From NCBI GenBank assembly GCA_010093605.1, contig MU004194.1, forward strand, positions 968,323 through 1,032,322: a DNA stretch of 64,000 bases, read 5' to 3'. This document shows, one piece after another, positions 12,331 through 25,777 of this stretch. The stretch is from Lophium mytilinum. Taxonomy: Eukaryota. Both the position numbers and the translations under genes were made by a program. The number at the start of each line of letters is the position of its first letter. The first letter of the stretch is position 1. The notes beneath the pieces were generated by a model. It ran no database searches. It saw only the letters and a program-made list of their open reading frames with translations, and had not been told where the DNA came from.

Positions 12331-13224
12331 TTCGAGTGATGACTGAGAAGAAAAAGAGGAGAGCAAGTAGACGATGAGATGAAAAGGGGGTGAGGCGAGG
12401 TGAGTTTCGGAGTGGAAAAAGCGGGAATGACATGTAGAATTGGTTTTCGGCGAGATTTTTTGAACAAAAAGGGGGGTACTTTTGGTTAGAGGAGGTCGAT
12501 GGGGGCCTAAGGTTTTCTTTTGTTAACGTTTTGCGGCAAGGTGCTGGCAGTTGAGGGATTATGTTCCTAAGGCTGCGGTGCTTCTGTCGAATTTGCGCAT
12601 CTAATGGTGTTGGAAACTGCTTTTTTCCTTTGTAATCTTAAAAAATGGAAGCGTTGCTTCTGCATGGCTTTTGTGGTGTTTAGTGAGTGATGTGTGATTG
12701 TGGTTGATTATTAGGTACTTGTGATTGTGATTAACCGCCCCTTGCCTACCTGCCCTATCATCATTGGATGTGGAACCCCCCCTTTCCTTGATGCGAAAAA
12801 TGAAACCCACTCGACAAGTGGAGCGAGTGTGAAGAACACCCTTTCGGGAGAAGATGCGAGCAGAAACAAAACGCCACCCCAGTCTTAAACTTTAAGCAAG
12901 AAGCCCAACCCTAGAGAACAGATTGAACATTGAACGGAAGTTAAGAAGCGAACATGGAGAAGTGTCTCTCCTGAATAAAGAAAAGGTATATCAACGAAAG
13001 CAGAGTTGAAGCTTTAAACACAAGAAAGACATGGTACAAACAACGAGAGAAAATACGCGTGCCCCCAGTCCCGTCCAACCTAATCCACAAAATGCCGCTT
13101 TCCCGGAACCAATGCCTTGGCAAATAAAATGATAAGAAGCCAGCTCTGATGCCTCTGCAGATGCCATATATACGTTATTAAACTTGATTTGGTGCAAGGA
13201 TAACTGTGAGCTTGGCGTGGGAGT

Positions 13225-14299
13225 TTACGCGGCCTTCTTCTTCTTTGGCAGCCCTAGTTTCCGCCGTTCCTCGACGTCACCCTCGGCTAGCCATTTGCTT
13301 GCTTCGATAAGCTGAATTACGTTGATGTATTGCTTGATGAGCATAAAGAGGACGGAGATGCCAGCAAGGGTCCACGGGATCTGGGAGTCCATTTTGTTGG
13401 CTCTGCGCGGAGTTATTAGTATGGAATGATAAGGCATGAGGATGTTGGTTGGAGAGCTTACCGTGCCATCTCCATAGCGCCTGCGGACCAAGGGCTTGTG
13501 AACAGGACTGAAGGTTTAGGAGCCGCTGGGCTCCCTGGCTGGAGTGTGGAGGGCGATGTCTGGAGCAGCGAAGGGGAGAGAATTGGCGAGGAGAAGGAGA
13601 GGAGGTATAGAGCAATGAAGAAGAGCTCGTTGAAAAGGCAAAAGGTGAAGAGGACCTTCTGTAAAGCGGGATGATTAGCATAGTTCCTGAATAGCCCTCA
13701 TTTTCTCACAATCTTGACCTTTATGCTTCCTTTTATCCCCGAGTTCGGTGTTTGAAGACTCACATTATTTGAATAATACACCTTCATGATCCACGGCCTC
13801 CCATCAGCAATCTTCTTGTGACTTTGATCGCTCCCGCCCATGGACAGCGTCGCGTACATGTGCATGTAGTGTGATGCCAAATCCAAGCTGATCAGCATTT
13901 GGAACACGATGCTCCACCTCGGGAACGCGCTGCCTAGGAAGACTAGCAGACACGCTGTCGTGCAGCGGTCCGTCACCATGTCCAGCACGGCACCGAACTT
14001 AGTGCTCTGGTGGAAGTAGCGCGCGGCGTAGCCATCGAGGGCATCTAGTAGGCAAGATATACTGTATAGGATGGAGCAGGTGCGCGGGTGGAGGGGCATG
14101 TAGTAGAGGGATGCGACGGCCAGCACGATTCGGCTGTAGCCTGGGAGAGAGTCAGCGGAGAGTTCGGAGTATTTCTGGAGAGGCGGAACATACCTATCAT
14201 GTTGGGATAGAAGAGGAATATGTTCTCTTTGGGTTCTGGTGCTGCGCGGACCCTGGCGGGGGATTTGGCTTTCCCGTTACCGTTTGCGTGGGGAGCCAT
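13225..14299 (-). CDS. PIS1: CDP-diacylglycerol--inositol 3-phosphatidyltransferase (phosphatidylinositol synthase)
   Basis: ENIFLFYPNMIG N-terminus; CDP-alcohol phosphotransferase motif DALDGYAAR...GAVLDMVTD; DLASHYMHMY; multi-exon. Confidence 0.95.
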
Positions 14300-14924
14300 G
14301 GCCGTGTATGTGCGGTGGGGATGGGTGAAGAAGGTTGTGAGGGGTACTTGGGAGAGTCGAGGGGCGGGTGAAGGCGTCGGTAGCTGTCTGATGCGCTTCG
14401 GGAAGGTCGCAAGAGTAGTTGAAGTGTGCAGGCTTGGGCAAAGTCGCGCGGAGGTCAAGGTGGAGTGAGATGCGGTCTGGGGGCGCTCCCGGCGATGTCG
14501 GCTTTGTACCGAAGGGACCTGATGGTGTAGTAGTCGCCCTAGCCTCGTATCGCGTCTCGCGGGGGTCCTCTGGGTATTGGGCCTTGGGGCTTGCGGAGGG
14601 TAGTGAGGATCAGATGTTGCTGATAAGGCGATAGCGAGAGCTTTCGACTTCACGAGAGCTAATTTGAGTTGCTGTTTCGACGTCCGGGCGAAGATGGTGG
14701 GATCTGAGAGTGATTAAGGAGTGGAAGTCTTCAGGCGGAAGAGGCGGGCAAAGAACAGGCGATGTGTGGTGATGTGAGCTTGCGCAATGTTCGTGGTGTC
14801 TGAAATTTGGTCCGCTGAATCCGCCGCTAGCACTTCGACCACCCCCCTGCCTAGCTGAACAAGGGGTAGTTGTTAGCGAATCTTCCCGCTCTGCTAATTT
14901 GCAGTCCGACATTCACTGCTTTCG

Positions 14925-14948
14925 TGGCTTGGCTTGGCTTGGCTTGGC
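14925..14948. repeat. (TGGCT)n pentanucleotide microsatellite, about 4.8 copies
   Basis: tggcttggcttggcttggcttggc seen directly between PIS1 and DRS1. Confidence 0.7.
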
Positions 14949-15127
14949 GGATGAAGAATATTGTTGAACGGAAACCTCGGTTTTCACTGTTCTACGCAGT
15001 AACGTATGCCAAGCTTATTTGGAAAAATATCATTAGAATTCGAGCATCTAGTTAAAGTGAAGTACCATCAGACGAGACTTCATGATGCTAAAGGCTATTT
15101 GGACAGGCACACAATGGCAAAGCTCCA

Positions 15128-17582
15128 CTACCTCCTCGGCTTCCCAGTCCTTGGCTTTCCTCTACTTTTACCATCAGGCGGCCCACTAGCCTTGCCCTTC
15201 TTCCCCTTCACGACCGGTTTATCCAATGCCCCCTTACCCGCCCTTTCTGCGCTGCCCTTCTTCCAAACACCTCCCTCCTTTCGAACATCATTGAGCTCCA
15301 GCTTCTTCCGGTCCTTGCCGCTCAACTTCTTCTTTGCTTTCTTCCGCGAGTCGCCATTAAGCTCCACCGCGCCCTTCTCTCTCGACGCCTTCTTGTCCTT
15401 CTCGTTCTCAAACCAAGTACGTCTAGGCCTCGCCAGAATCTCGCCTTCGTGGTGCACGAGATTCTCGCCGCGCTTGAGCTCGCGTTCTGTGATGCTCAGC
15501 ACGCGCTCTTCCTTTTCTTCTTTCAGCACCTCTTCAATTTCTGTCTCCATCTTCTTGAGCTTTTCTACCCAGGCTTCTGCGTCATCGTTTGGAATCTGCC
15601 GGCTAACGACCTTTGCACCTTGAGTTCGTGCCGATTTAACGGCCGCCTTGACGACTTTCCTGTCTGGCTCCGCAGCAATGGTACACGCACGACCAGTACG
15701 TCCAGCACGGGCCGTACGACCAACTCGATGGAGGTAGATCTCGTGAGATTGTGGCGCCTCGTAGTTGAGAACAGTGGTAACATTCTTGATATCGAGACCA
15801 CGAGACGCAATGTCGGTGGCCAAAAGGTAGGAAGCTTTGCCGGATCGGAAAGACTCCACACTTTGGATACGCTGTCAAGTAGTTAGCAACCGAGTATAGA
15901 TGAGATAGAAAATAGCAACATACCTGTTCCTGACTTAGATTACCGTGCAGCTCAGCAGCCTTCATGCCACACAGAGCAAACACCACCCTAACTCTGTGCG
16001 CCTCCTTCTTTTGTCGGAAGAAGATAATGACCCTGTCCGTGTATAGCTTCTCACAGAGATACATCAAGTACGCAAGTCGTCGGTCCTCCTTTCCGGTCCT
16101 GAGACGCACGAACTCTTGAACCAAGCCCTGCACAGTTTGCTTCTTTGCATCAACCATTAATCTGACAGGCCTGTTAAGTCCAACTCGAATAAGCTTATCA
16201 ACGGTATCTGTCATAGTAGCGGAAAACAGCATCGTTTGTCTGGACTTGGGGATTGTAGTGAGAATCTCGTTAAGCTCGTCCGCAAAACCGTCCTCGAGCA
16301 TGCGATCTGCTTCATCAAGGACCAGGATCTCGAGGGTGTCCACTGCAAAACTGGCTGAGTTGCGCATGTGATCGATGAAACGACCAGGAGTAGCAATTAC
16401 TATATCTGGCCGAGTTTTGAGGACTGCTTCTTGTTCGCGGAGCGAGAAACCACCCACAAGCTGCGCGAACGAAATGTCGGTGAAGCTTGCGAGCTTCCGT
16501 GCAACGTTGAAGCACTGGACGGCTAATTCTCGAGTTGGCATGAGAATAGCAACGCGGGTAGTCGGGACCTTCTTCGGTCTATAGAGAAGTCGTTCGAGGA
16601 TGGGTATAACGAAAGCTGCAGTCTTTCCGGAACCAGTCTCAGCTCCTCCAACGACGTCTTTACCGAGTAGAGCGACGGGGATAGTCTTCAACTGAATAGG
16701 GGTTGGTTCGGTGAACCCCACGGACGCGAGTCCTTTCATGATAGGACGGGACAGAGCCATGCTTTGGAACGTGCTCTTCGTCTTCGAAGACGTCTTTTTG
16801 AGATCTTCAAGTTTCTCTTCCGGTGCGAAGAACGCTTCTCGTTTCCTAGCTTCCTCGGGATCTTCTCGCTCATCATCTGAGGAATTGTCGGACTGCTGGT
16901 CGAGCGGATGTGGAACGGGCGCGGCAACAGAATCATCGTCCGAGTCTCCTTCATCCTGCCCTTCTCCCACACTCCCGTCCTCGTCACCCTCATCATCGTC
17001 CCCTTCTTCGCCTGATTCCTCTTCCTCGTCGCTAGCGACACCCATCCCAAAGCCGTTTTCAGCTAGTAGCTCGTCATCATCCTCGAACCCCGCGAAGCCT
17101 CCCTCTTCCTCATTGTTCTTCTCATCAACTTCCACCACCAACTCCCCCTTCCCCTGTCTCCTCTCAACAATCTCATCCAAGTCCACCGCTGTCCCCCTCC
17201 CCTCCTCCCTCTTCAACCCCTGCCCCTGCTGTCCCAAACCCCACCCATCAAAGTCCTCCATTACTCCCGTCTCGACATCGCCTACCACGAACTCGAAATC
17301 AGACGCCATAGCCCCATCATCTTTAACTTCATCCACATCCCCATCCTCCTCGTCGTTTCCAACAGCACCAGGCACAGCTTGCACGCCCCTCACCACAACC
17401 TTCTCAACCTTATTCTTACCCTTCTTAGCCTTCTTAGACTTCTTCGAGCCGCCATCGTCGGCGTCGCGCTTGCGTTTCTTGTCTTTTGCAGAGGACGGTG
17501 GGGGAGTGGTTTCGTCTTCGGCGGGGACGTCCTCGGTATCGGAAATTGTGAAGATGAAGTCGTCGTCGAGGAGGGGTGCCAT
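15128..17582 (-). CDS. DRS1: DEAD-box RNA helicase Drs1 (60S biogenesis)
   Basis: Acidic N-terminus (FIFTISD), Q motif [37 protein letters not shown]-terminal RPRRTWF; one intron near 15875-15923. Confidence 0.95.
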
Positions 17583-18042
17583 TGTAGGCGGCGGGTTCCT
17601 GGGCGAGGAATTGCGCTGGCGATTGTAGAGGGGGGAACTTGGAGCTGCGATGTTTCGGAGAGCTTTGAGTTTTTTGGGATGGAGAAAAAGTTAGGCGGGG
17701 CGCGCTAGTGGTGCAGGGATTAGGTGTGGAGCTTCAATATTTCTGGCACGTGAATAGCCATTTTGACGGGATTCGAGAATGAATGTTTGCTATTGATGGA
17801 TTGCAGGTACGACTCTTCAGTCTGTTTATAAGTATAACTTTCCATCAATTGGACAAGGTATGTGCCGGTAAAGGGTGGTACTAAGTGACGGGGATGCCAA
17901 GTATCCAGCTTGAAAATTCACCCAGTCGCGGAGGTCACAGCAGAGCAGTGCACAGTGCACTGAAGAGGATAGTGATATACACGTCGTGTAATGTACATAG
18001 AACGGAGTAAATGACACTTGGCCACACAAATATAGTACATAG

Positions 18043-19616
18043 CTACTCTTCCTTCCGAGTCGTCTCATATCGCTTTCCTCGGAAGGCCCATAGCCCCCAA
18101 TTTCCACAGCTAACATCTTGAGGATCGAGATCATTCAGGTCCCACCTTAAGCTCCGGAACTTGTTCTCGCCAGGTTCTAGGAGTAGATCTACCTCTCCGC
18201 CCATCTTTTCTTCTACCCATTTCAAGTCTCGCTGCATATCCCATTCCGTGTAGCCCGTTGCTAAGATCGGAACCTTCGTTTCCAGTAGAAGTGGCAGTGT
18301 TTCTTCCCACTCATGCGAGCTGGCGGGGTGGCCAAGTCCGGGATGGAACAGCATGAAACAGTCAAAGTAGGGATCGTAGGGATAGAAATGACCGGCTTTA
18401 TGCATGGTGTGATAATATTCCACGAAAGTGCTGATCTTGAGCTCCGGGCTGATCCTGTCCTCAACAATCGCGCCAAATGGATTGGAAGGCGTTCGAGGCG
18501 GTAATGGGAATTCGTCATCACGATTAGCCATCGACTCGGGGCCAATGAATATTATGTGGAATTTGACGCGGGGGAAGAGGTAGTTGAGTTGTGCCCACAC
18601 GAGTCGAGGCAAGGAAGATTCGGCGCGCGCGCCAATGATGAAGATTCGAACTGCGGGAGGATTGAGACGGAGGCCTTTAATATCGCCATCACCACCTGTT
18701 CGCGGTGGGTGAAGGGTGTAGCGCAGCGCTAGACGCAAATTAGATAGATCGGAGTGTTTGACTGGTTCTTAAACTTACCACTTAAGCTCTTAAGTCCCTC
18801 CGGCGTCAGTCGGCCACCCTGTCGGATGTTATATGGGCTAAGCTCGTGAAGAACACTTGCAATTGTCACTGGGTAGGTTAATAGTCTTGTAGCTTGGCGA
18901 AGAGGGCGGTCGTTGTTTATAGCGGCAAATTCTCTCGAGTACAAAAAGGTATCCCAGTTCGTCATATTAACCAGCGCTTCCTCCATTTGTGGTCCGGGGT
19001 ATTCGAACTCGTTAAACCGGCGGCCGGAGCGAAGATCGTGATCGTCCTCATTGATCTGGCGAAGTGTATCGCAGACCTCCAGATGCGACTCGTAGTCATC
19101 CGCCCAATGTTCTTCTGAGCAGTATACAGGAATTCCGCAGTCTGGGCACTCGAATCGGACGTGGGCGGGTGGTGAGCCGCCATTTGGTGATTTCTTTGCT
19201 TCGGCATCATCGGGGTTCATTGGTTGGCGCGTCTGCCTGTGATCTGGATGAGGACAATAGGCATGCTGCTTTGCAAATGCTGCACGCTGTCGAATCTCGG
19301 GGACGGGCGAATTGGAGAAGGAATGGAATAGATCGTTGGGCTCGAGGAGAACTCTCGGTTTGGATTCCGGTTTCCTGAATTCTAGTCCGGGAGGTGTTCT
19401 AGGCACGGCAGTCTCACTAACCGTGCTCTGGTCTTTCTTAGAAGTCGAAGAAACCCGTCGCTTTGCTGAGAGCGGATGTGGTTGTGTGGCAGGCCTGGTG
19501 GGCTGACCGCTGGCAGAGGCAATTGACCGGAGGGAGATCCGCGACGTCCTTATTTGAGGACGCAACCCATTGCTGAGAGACAGCAGGCATCGCTGACAAG
19601 TATGCGAGGGCGGCAT
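18043..19616 (-). CDS. MSS51: Mitochondrial Mss51 (COX1 translation/assembly factor) with MYND-like zinc finger
   Basis: Mitochondrial-type presequence; CPDCGIPVYCSEEHWADD; NWDTFLYSREF; IGARAESSLP; FHPGLGH; one intron near 18730-18778. Confidence 0.94.
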
Positions 19617-19988
19617 ACTGTATTTGGAGGGACGTCGTCGTGGCCGGCGTGAGCAGAAGATGCTCAGCGGGCGTCATTGGACGCCGCGAGACTTCACTGC
19701 CAAGACCGGAGGTGGAAAAACATATGCCGGCGAAGTTTTCAGCGAATTAGAAAAGATTTAGGCCCGAAATCACCAGCAATGTATATAAGCCTCAGAGAGA
19801 CACACGTAAGGAGTACCTAGTACTCTACTTTAAGCTAAGAAACACCTTCAATCGGTTCTACCAAAGAAGTAGCGGGTGTCTCCTCGCTTTCGATTGGCCC
19901 ACAGCTCGCCTCGAGCTAGCATCACTCACTTTTCTCCAGCTCTCGCCCCTCACTCCTACAACCCCACTATAGCCCCCAAAACTTCACA

Positions 19989-22511
19989 ATGTCAGAGGGA
20001 GACTCCCAGGATCTACACCCAAGAAAGCGCGCGCGATTGACCAGCCCGGACGCCCCCTCACCCGCCGGACTCCCAACCAGCAACGAAGCCGCCGCGCGAA
20101 ATGAGAAGAAGGCGAATGCAGAGATCGGAAAGGAGGTTAGGGCTGGTATAACGGAATACGTGTGTCCGGAGAATGCGGGGTTCTCGGGGATATTGAAGCA
20201 AAGGTTGGCTGGGCTGATATGAACAGTTGGAGAGTGCAAGAAGCTAATGTGTTGGGTGGGATAGGTATACCGATTTCTTGGTTAACGAGATTTTACCGAA
20301 CGGAAAGGTATTGCATCTTGAGAGCTTGCATGTGCCGCGGAACAAGCAGGAGCCGGATGGGAATTTGAAACTCGAGAATTCGGCAGGTGGTGAGGCCGTA
20401 AAGGCGGAGCTGGAAGCTAAGAAAGAGATTATCAAGGAGGAGCCTTTGATCAAGAAAGAGGCGTTAGTGGAGGAGAAGCCCGTTATCCCGGAAAATCTTG
20501 TCGGGAGGGACGAACCTATCGGAAAGGACGAGCTTGTTGTGAAGGCAGAAGAAAAGGTTGAGGATGTGGCACAGGTGAGCACAAAAGCTATCAGCTGGAG
20601 GAGATCTGAATGCTAACATGTGCTTTCAACCAGATTCCGGACGGAGACGTCGCAAATCTGAAGGCCATCTTCGGGGACAAGACTACCTCCTCAATTCTTT
20701 CACTACACCGAGCCGTCCTCAAAAGCCCCGAACGAAAAGCTAGAGACTTCAATAGCGTTACGTCTGAAGTCCTGCCGGATAAGGAGCAGCGTACGAGTGC
20801 GCATCAAGCTATACGCCGCATATTTTCCTCCCGACTCGAGACAATTACTGAGAGCGACGAAACGATCACTATCAAAGCGTTGCCTCCCAAGAGTAGAGGA
20901 AATAAGGCTCAGCAGAATGGCGGAGCTAGGAAGGGGGGCAAGGGTAATAAATTGAGCTGGGAGGAGCTCGGTGGAGAATACCTCCATTTTACTCTGTACA
21001 AGGAGAACAAGGATACGATGGAGGTCGTCTTCTTCATAGGGAGCCAGCTCAAGATGCAACCTAAAAGTTTCCAATTTGCTGGTACAAAAGACCGAAGAGG
21101 AGTGACAGTGCAACGCGTCAGCGCTCGACGGGTTAATGCTCGAACGATGTACGAGAAGTGCAGAAATCTGTGGAACGCCAAAGTCGGAGACTACTCCTAT
21201 CATGCCCAGGGGCTGGAGTTGGGCGAACTGCTAGGGAACGAGTTCGTCATCACATTGAGAGACTGTCACTTCCCCGGTGAGGAAGGCATGAACCCTACAC
21301 AACGTGTCGAACTAGCAAATTCCGTGCTCTCGAAAGCTATCAGCGACTTCAAGGACAAGGGTTTCATTAACTACTACGGCCTCCAGCGCTTCGGCTCCTT
21401 CGCAGCGAGTACCGACACCATTGGCGTCAAACTTCTCCAAGACGACGTAAAGGGTGCCATAGACCATATCCTCGACTTCAGCCCGGACGCGCTGGCCGCC
21501 GCGCAGGACCCGAACTCTACCATGATGGTATCAGCAGACGACAAGGCGCGTGCAGAAGCACTGAACCTCTGGAGGACGACCGGCAAGGCCACAGCAGCTT
21601 TAGAGAAGCTCCCGCGCAAGTTTTCGGCCGAAAATAGCATCATCAGACACCTCGGCTTCGTGGACCGTAGGTCTGGCGAACTTCTCCGCCGAAACGACTT
21701 CCAAGGCGCTATCCAGGCGGTTCCACGGAATCTAAGGCTCATGTACGTCCATGCCTACCAGAGTTTTATATGGAATATGGTTGCGGGGAAGCGATGGACT
21801 ACTTTCGGATCTCAGGTTATCGAAGGTGATCTAGTGCTTGTCAATGAGCACAAGGAGAGAGGCGCGCCGGAGGTCGTAGATCAGACGGTTGATCAGGCGG
21901 GCGAGGTCATCATCAAGCCTTCTGGCGATGACAGCGCAGCGGTGGCAGACGACGTGTTTGAGCGCGCGCGGCCATTATCAAAAGAGGACGTGGAGAGTGG
22001 CGAGTATAGTATCTTTGATGTCGTCCTCCCGCTGCCGGGCTTCGACGTCGAATACCCGCCCAATGCGATCGGAGAGTTCTACAAGGACTTTATGAAGAGC
22101 GAGAGGGGTGGAGGGCTAGATCCGCATGACATGCGGAGGAAATGGAGGGATATCAGTCTCAGTGGGAGCTATCGGAAGCTCCTAGCCAGGCCGGGAGAGG
22201 GGCTCGGTTTCGAGGTCCAGGGCTACGTGAATGAGGATGAACAGATGGTTCAGACGGATTTGGAGAGGCTACAAAAGAAGGGGGCGGATTCTGACAGCGC
22301 CCTCAGGAACTTCAAGTCGGAAAATGGGATCAAGCAGGAATCAAACGGAGATATCAAGATGGAGGATGGCGAGGAGAAGACCGCGGTAAAGGTGGCGGTC
22401 ATTCTGAGGTTGCAATTAGGCTCCAGTCAGTATGCGACTATGGCGCTGCGGGAGCTGATGAAGATGGGTGGAGTCAAAGCATTCAAGCCAGAGTATGGAG
22501 CTGGGAGGTAG
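19989..22511 (+). CDS. PUS7: Multisubstrate pseudouridine synthase 7 (TruD family)
   Basis: GILKQR|YTDFLVNEI, LYKENKDT, FAGTKDRRGVTVQ (catalytic Asp), GNEFVITLR, FINYYGLQRFG, YATMALRE; two introns. Confidence 0.96.
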
Positions 22512-22934
22512 TTGAGGTTTTGAGGCCTCTCATCAGCATTGAGAGGGATCTCCAGAAATGAAACAGTATTCAAATACAGCCCATCAACGGCAACTCAACG
22601 AAAGCCAACTCACTATTGTATGTATAGCGAGTTTACTACCCGATGCCAAGGGACAAGGTCTCGAAGTGTCGGATTCACGCTCCAGGGTCTCAACCCAGGG
22701 GTCCGTGTGTCTTCTAACTATCCCTATTCGAGTATGACGGCTTATCAGTCCGCGTCGGACATCATGGATGTCCCACCATCTAAAAGTTCGGTGCCGGGAA
22801 GCCGCTGACGTGCCTGCATCATGTAACGCGCTGATTGCGGTAGGTCCAGCACAACATGTCGATATAAGACTTCTTAGAAGCCTGTACTCCTACGTCTCCT
22901 CCGCTCACCTCCGCTCTGTCTTCCCTTCACAGCC

Positions 22935-25143
22935 ATGGAGACTTTCATATTGCGCTATTTGTTTCTCTTTTCCGTCTCTCAAAGCCTTGTCACTGCCAGC
23001 GTCATTTCGTTAAGTGTCGCCGAGAGCCCTGCGAGCTGTGGTCAGAACTCGTCATGCATTCTTGGGCCAGATCCGCTGCAATCGCCGTACCCGTACTACT
23101 TCCCCCCCGAAGCGAGTGCGGAGACGCCGGATTTGTTTCCAATGGCGGCGTGTAAGGGCGTGACGCTGGAAGAGGCAACAATTGATCAGCTGCAGGACGC
23201 GATGGGGAAGGGGCTGTTGACCGCGCAGGATCTAGTTACTTGTTATATTCGGAGGATATTGCAGGTTGATGCGTATATCAGGTAAGGGAATTCAAGCTGC
23301 GACATGTCTTTACTACTTAATCCAAGCTGTAATTTTTATTTTTTATCATGCCTCGAACTGTGATCTAAAGAAGTGTCAGTTCTCAAGATCACGGATCTGA
23401 GCATGCTGCAGCCATGGCCTCAATTGCGTAGTTTCAATGTCTTCGTCCAAATTTCATAGAAGTAGGCAATCGTTCATTATTGGCAAGACTAATACTACGC
23501 AAGCTCGGTGCTAGAACTCAACCCAGATGCCATGGACATCGCTGCTGCCCTAGATACAGAACGAACGGCCGGTCAAGTCCGAGGACCGCTTCACGGTATC
23601 CCCTTCCTCGTGAAAGACAATATTGCCTCGAAAGACCAAATGGAAACAACAGCAGGAAGCTATGCATTGCTAGGCTCCGTGGTTCCACGTGATGCGCATG
23701 TAGTAGCCAAGCTTCGTCAAGCTGGTGCGGTATTATTGGGAAAAGCTACGCTGAGCGAGTGGGCTGGCATGTATATTCTACAACGAGAAAAGCGGTTATT
23801 GGAGCTGATTGAGAAAATAGATATGCGCTCCAACAACTACTCAGAAGGTTATTCAGCCAGGGGCGGACAAGCACGAAGCCCTTACAACCTCACTCTCAAC
23901 CCGGGAGGAAGTAGCTCAGGTAGTGCAGCAGCTGTCGCGGCTAACGTTGTTACATTCGCTCTCGGGACCGAAACTGACGGGAGTGGTAAGTCGCTGAATG
24001 ACTTTTGAGCGGTACAGAGCTAACATCCTACAGTAATCAACCCAGCCGAACGTAATGCTGTCGTGGGCATCAAACCAACCGTTGGCTTGACATCAAGAGC
24101 AGGGTAATTGTCTCCTACCTGTTCCCCTTACTCCCTCCTAAGACAACAAGACCTAAAATCTACTCAGCGTAATCCCCGAAAGCACCCATCAAGACACCGT
24201 CGGCGCCTTTGGCCGCACAGTTCGCGATGCCGTTTATGCCCTTGACGCAATCTACGGCCCAGACGCCCGAGACAACTACACGCTCGCGCAAACCGGCAAC
24301 ACTCCCTCTTCTGGCTACACTCCCTATCTGACCTCTTCTGCTGCTCTCGCCAGCGCAACATTCGGTATCCCATGGTCCAGCTTCTGGGTCTACGCCTCCG
24401 AATCCCAAATTGCCACGCTCGTTACCCTCCTCTCCGTTTTAGAGTCCTTCGGCGCCACAATCGTAAACAACACTGAACTACCCTCAGCTGCCGAACTCAT
24501 CTCCCCGGACGGCTGGAATTGGGACTACGGCACCACGCGGGGCTACGCTAACGAAAGCGAGTACACCGTTGTAAAAGTTGACTTTTACAACAACATCGCG
24601 TCGTACCTCTCCGAGCTCTCCAACACCGCTATCAAGAGCCTTGAAGATCTAGTCGCGTACAACATCGCGAACGACGGGACTGAGGGTGGAAACCCGTGGC
24701 CGAATGGAATTCCCGCGTTCTATTCGGGTCAAGACGGATTCCTAGCTAGTCTAGCGACGAATGGCACGATGGACGAGACGTATTTCCAAGCCCTCTCTTT
24801 CTGCCACACGAAGAGTAGGGAAGAGGGGATTGACGGCGCGCTCGCGAACGGAGGAAAGCCCGTGGATGCGCTGCTTGTCCCGCCCGATGTTGGGCAGACG
24901 TACCAAGTTGCGGCCCAGGCGGGATATCCAATGGTGACGGTGCCGGCGGGAGTGAGTCCGGAGACTGGGATGCCGTTTGGGTTGGCGCTAATGGGGACGG
25001 CGTGGAGTGAGGGAAGTCTAGTGAAGTGGGCGAGTGCGATTGAGGATGCGTTGATGAAGAGGGGGAAGGAGAAGGGTTTGGGGAGGACGCTGCCGAGATG
25101 GTATGGTTATTTGCAGAAGAATATACCTGTACTGAATCTTTGA
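22935..25143 (+). CDS. Secreted amidase-signature family protein
   Basis: Signal peptide; GPLHGIPFLVKDN (catalytic Lys), PGGSSSGS, GTETDGS, GIKPTVGLTSR, QDTVGAFGRTVRD; several introns including a GC-AG intron at 23767-23820. Confidence 0.92.
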
Positions 25144-25496
25144 TGATGGGGAGGGCTGAGCATGTAGCACACGGAGGTAAGTGTGTATATCTGGTATATA
25201 TATTCAAGTAATTACGACGAGCGCCTCTCTCAAAATGGATGGCAGAGATATAAGCTCCCTGTGGTCGCGGCTATAATACCCTGAAGTGAGAGAATTCCAT
25301 TACAAAGTACGAATCAAGGACCGAAAGAGAACCGTGCATTTTCTTGTCTGTAACTTAACTCATCATAGCTACGTATCCAACCTCTAATACATGAAGCAAC
25401 TATTCAGCTACCTAAGCATATACTTGATTCACGCGCCCGCAAGTATTCTCGTCGAGGCCAAGTTGATATCGAAGTCCATTTGATATCAAAACTCGT

Positions 25497-25651
25497 ACTT
25501 CGTGCCGAGACCGATCACGTGACAAATATTTCATCCATCGGACTTCGTGCCGACCCTTCTCCTTTAGGTCATAATCCACTAAAAGTTCGCTATGGTGGTA
25601 AGATCTCAGAGTTCTAAATGGCAAGTGCTCCATTTATCGAGGATATATAAA
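25497..25651 (+). promoter_or_regulatory. Putative promoter of the PhnZ-PhnA gene: 12-bp direct repeat with CGG-N8-CCG, E-box and TATA
   Basis: ACTTCGTGCCGA at 25497-25508 and 25542-25553; CGGACTTCGTGCCG at 25539-25552; TCACGTGA at 25515-25522; TATATAAA at 25644-25651. Function is inferred. Confidence 0.5.
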
Positions 25652-25777
25652 TTTCATGTCGTCCTCTTTTCCTTCTGCACCCAACCAATACTTCCAAACT
25701 CACATCACATCTGTACTTTGACTACACGGCGAAAAACGTGAGAATTTAAACCTGTTGCACCATAAAACATAGCAATC

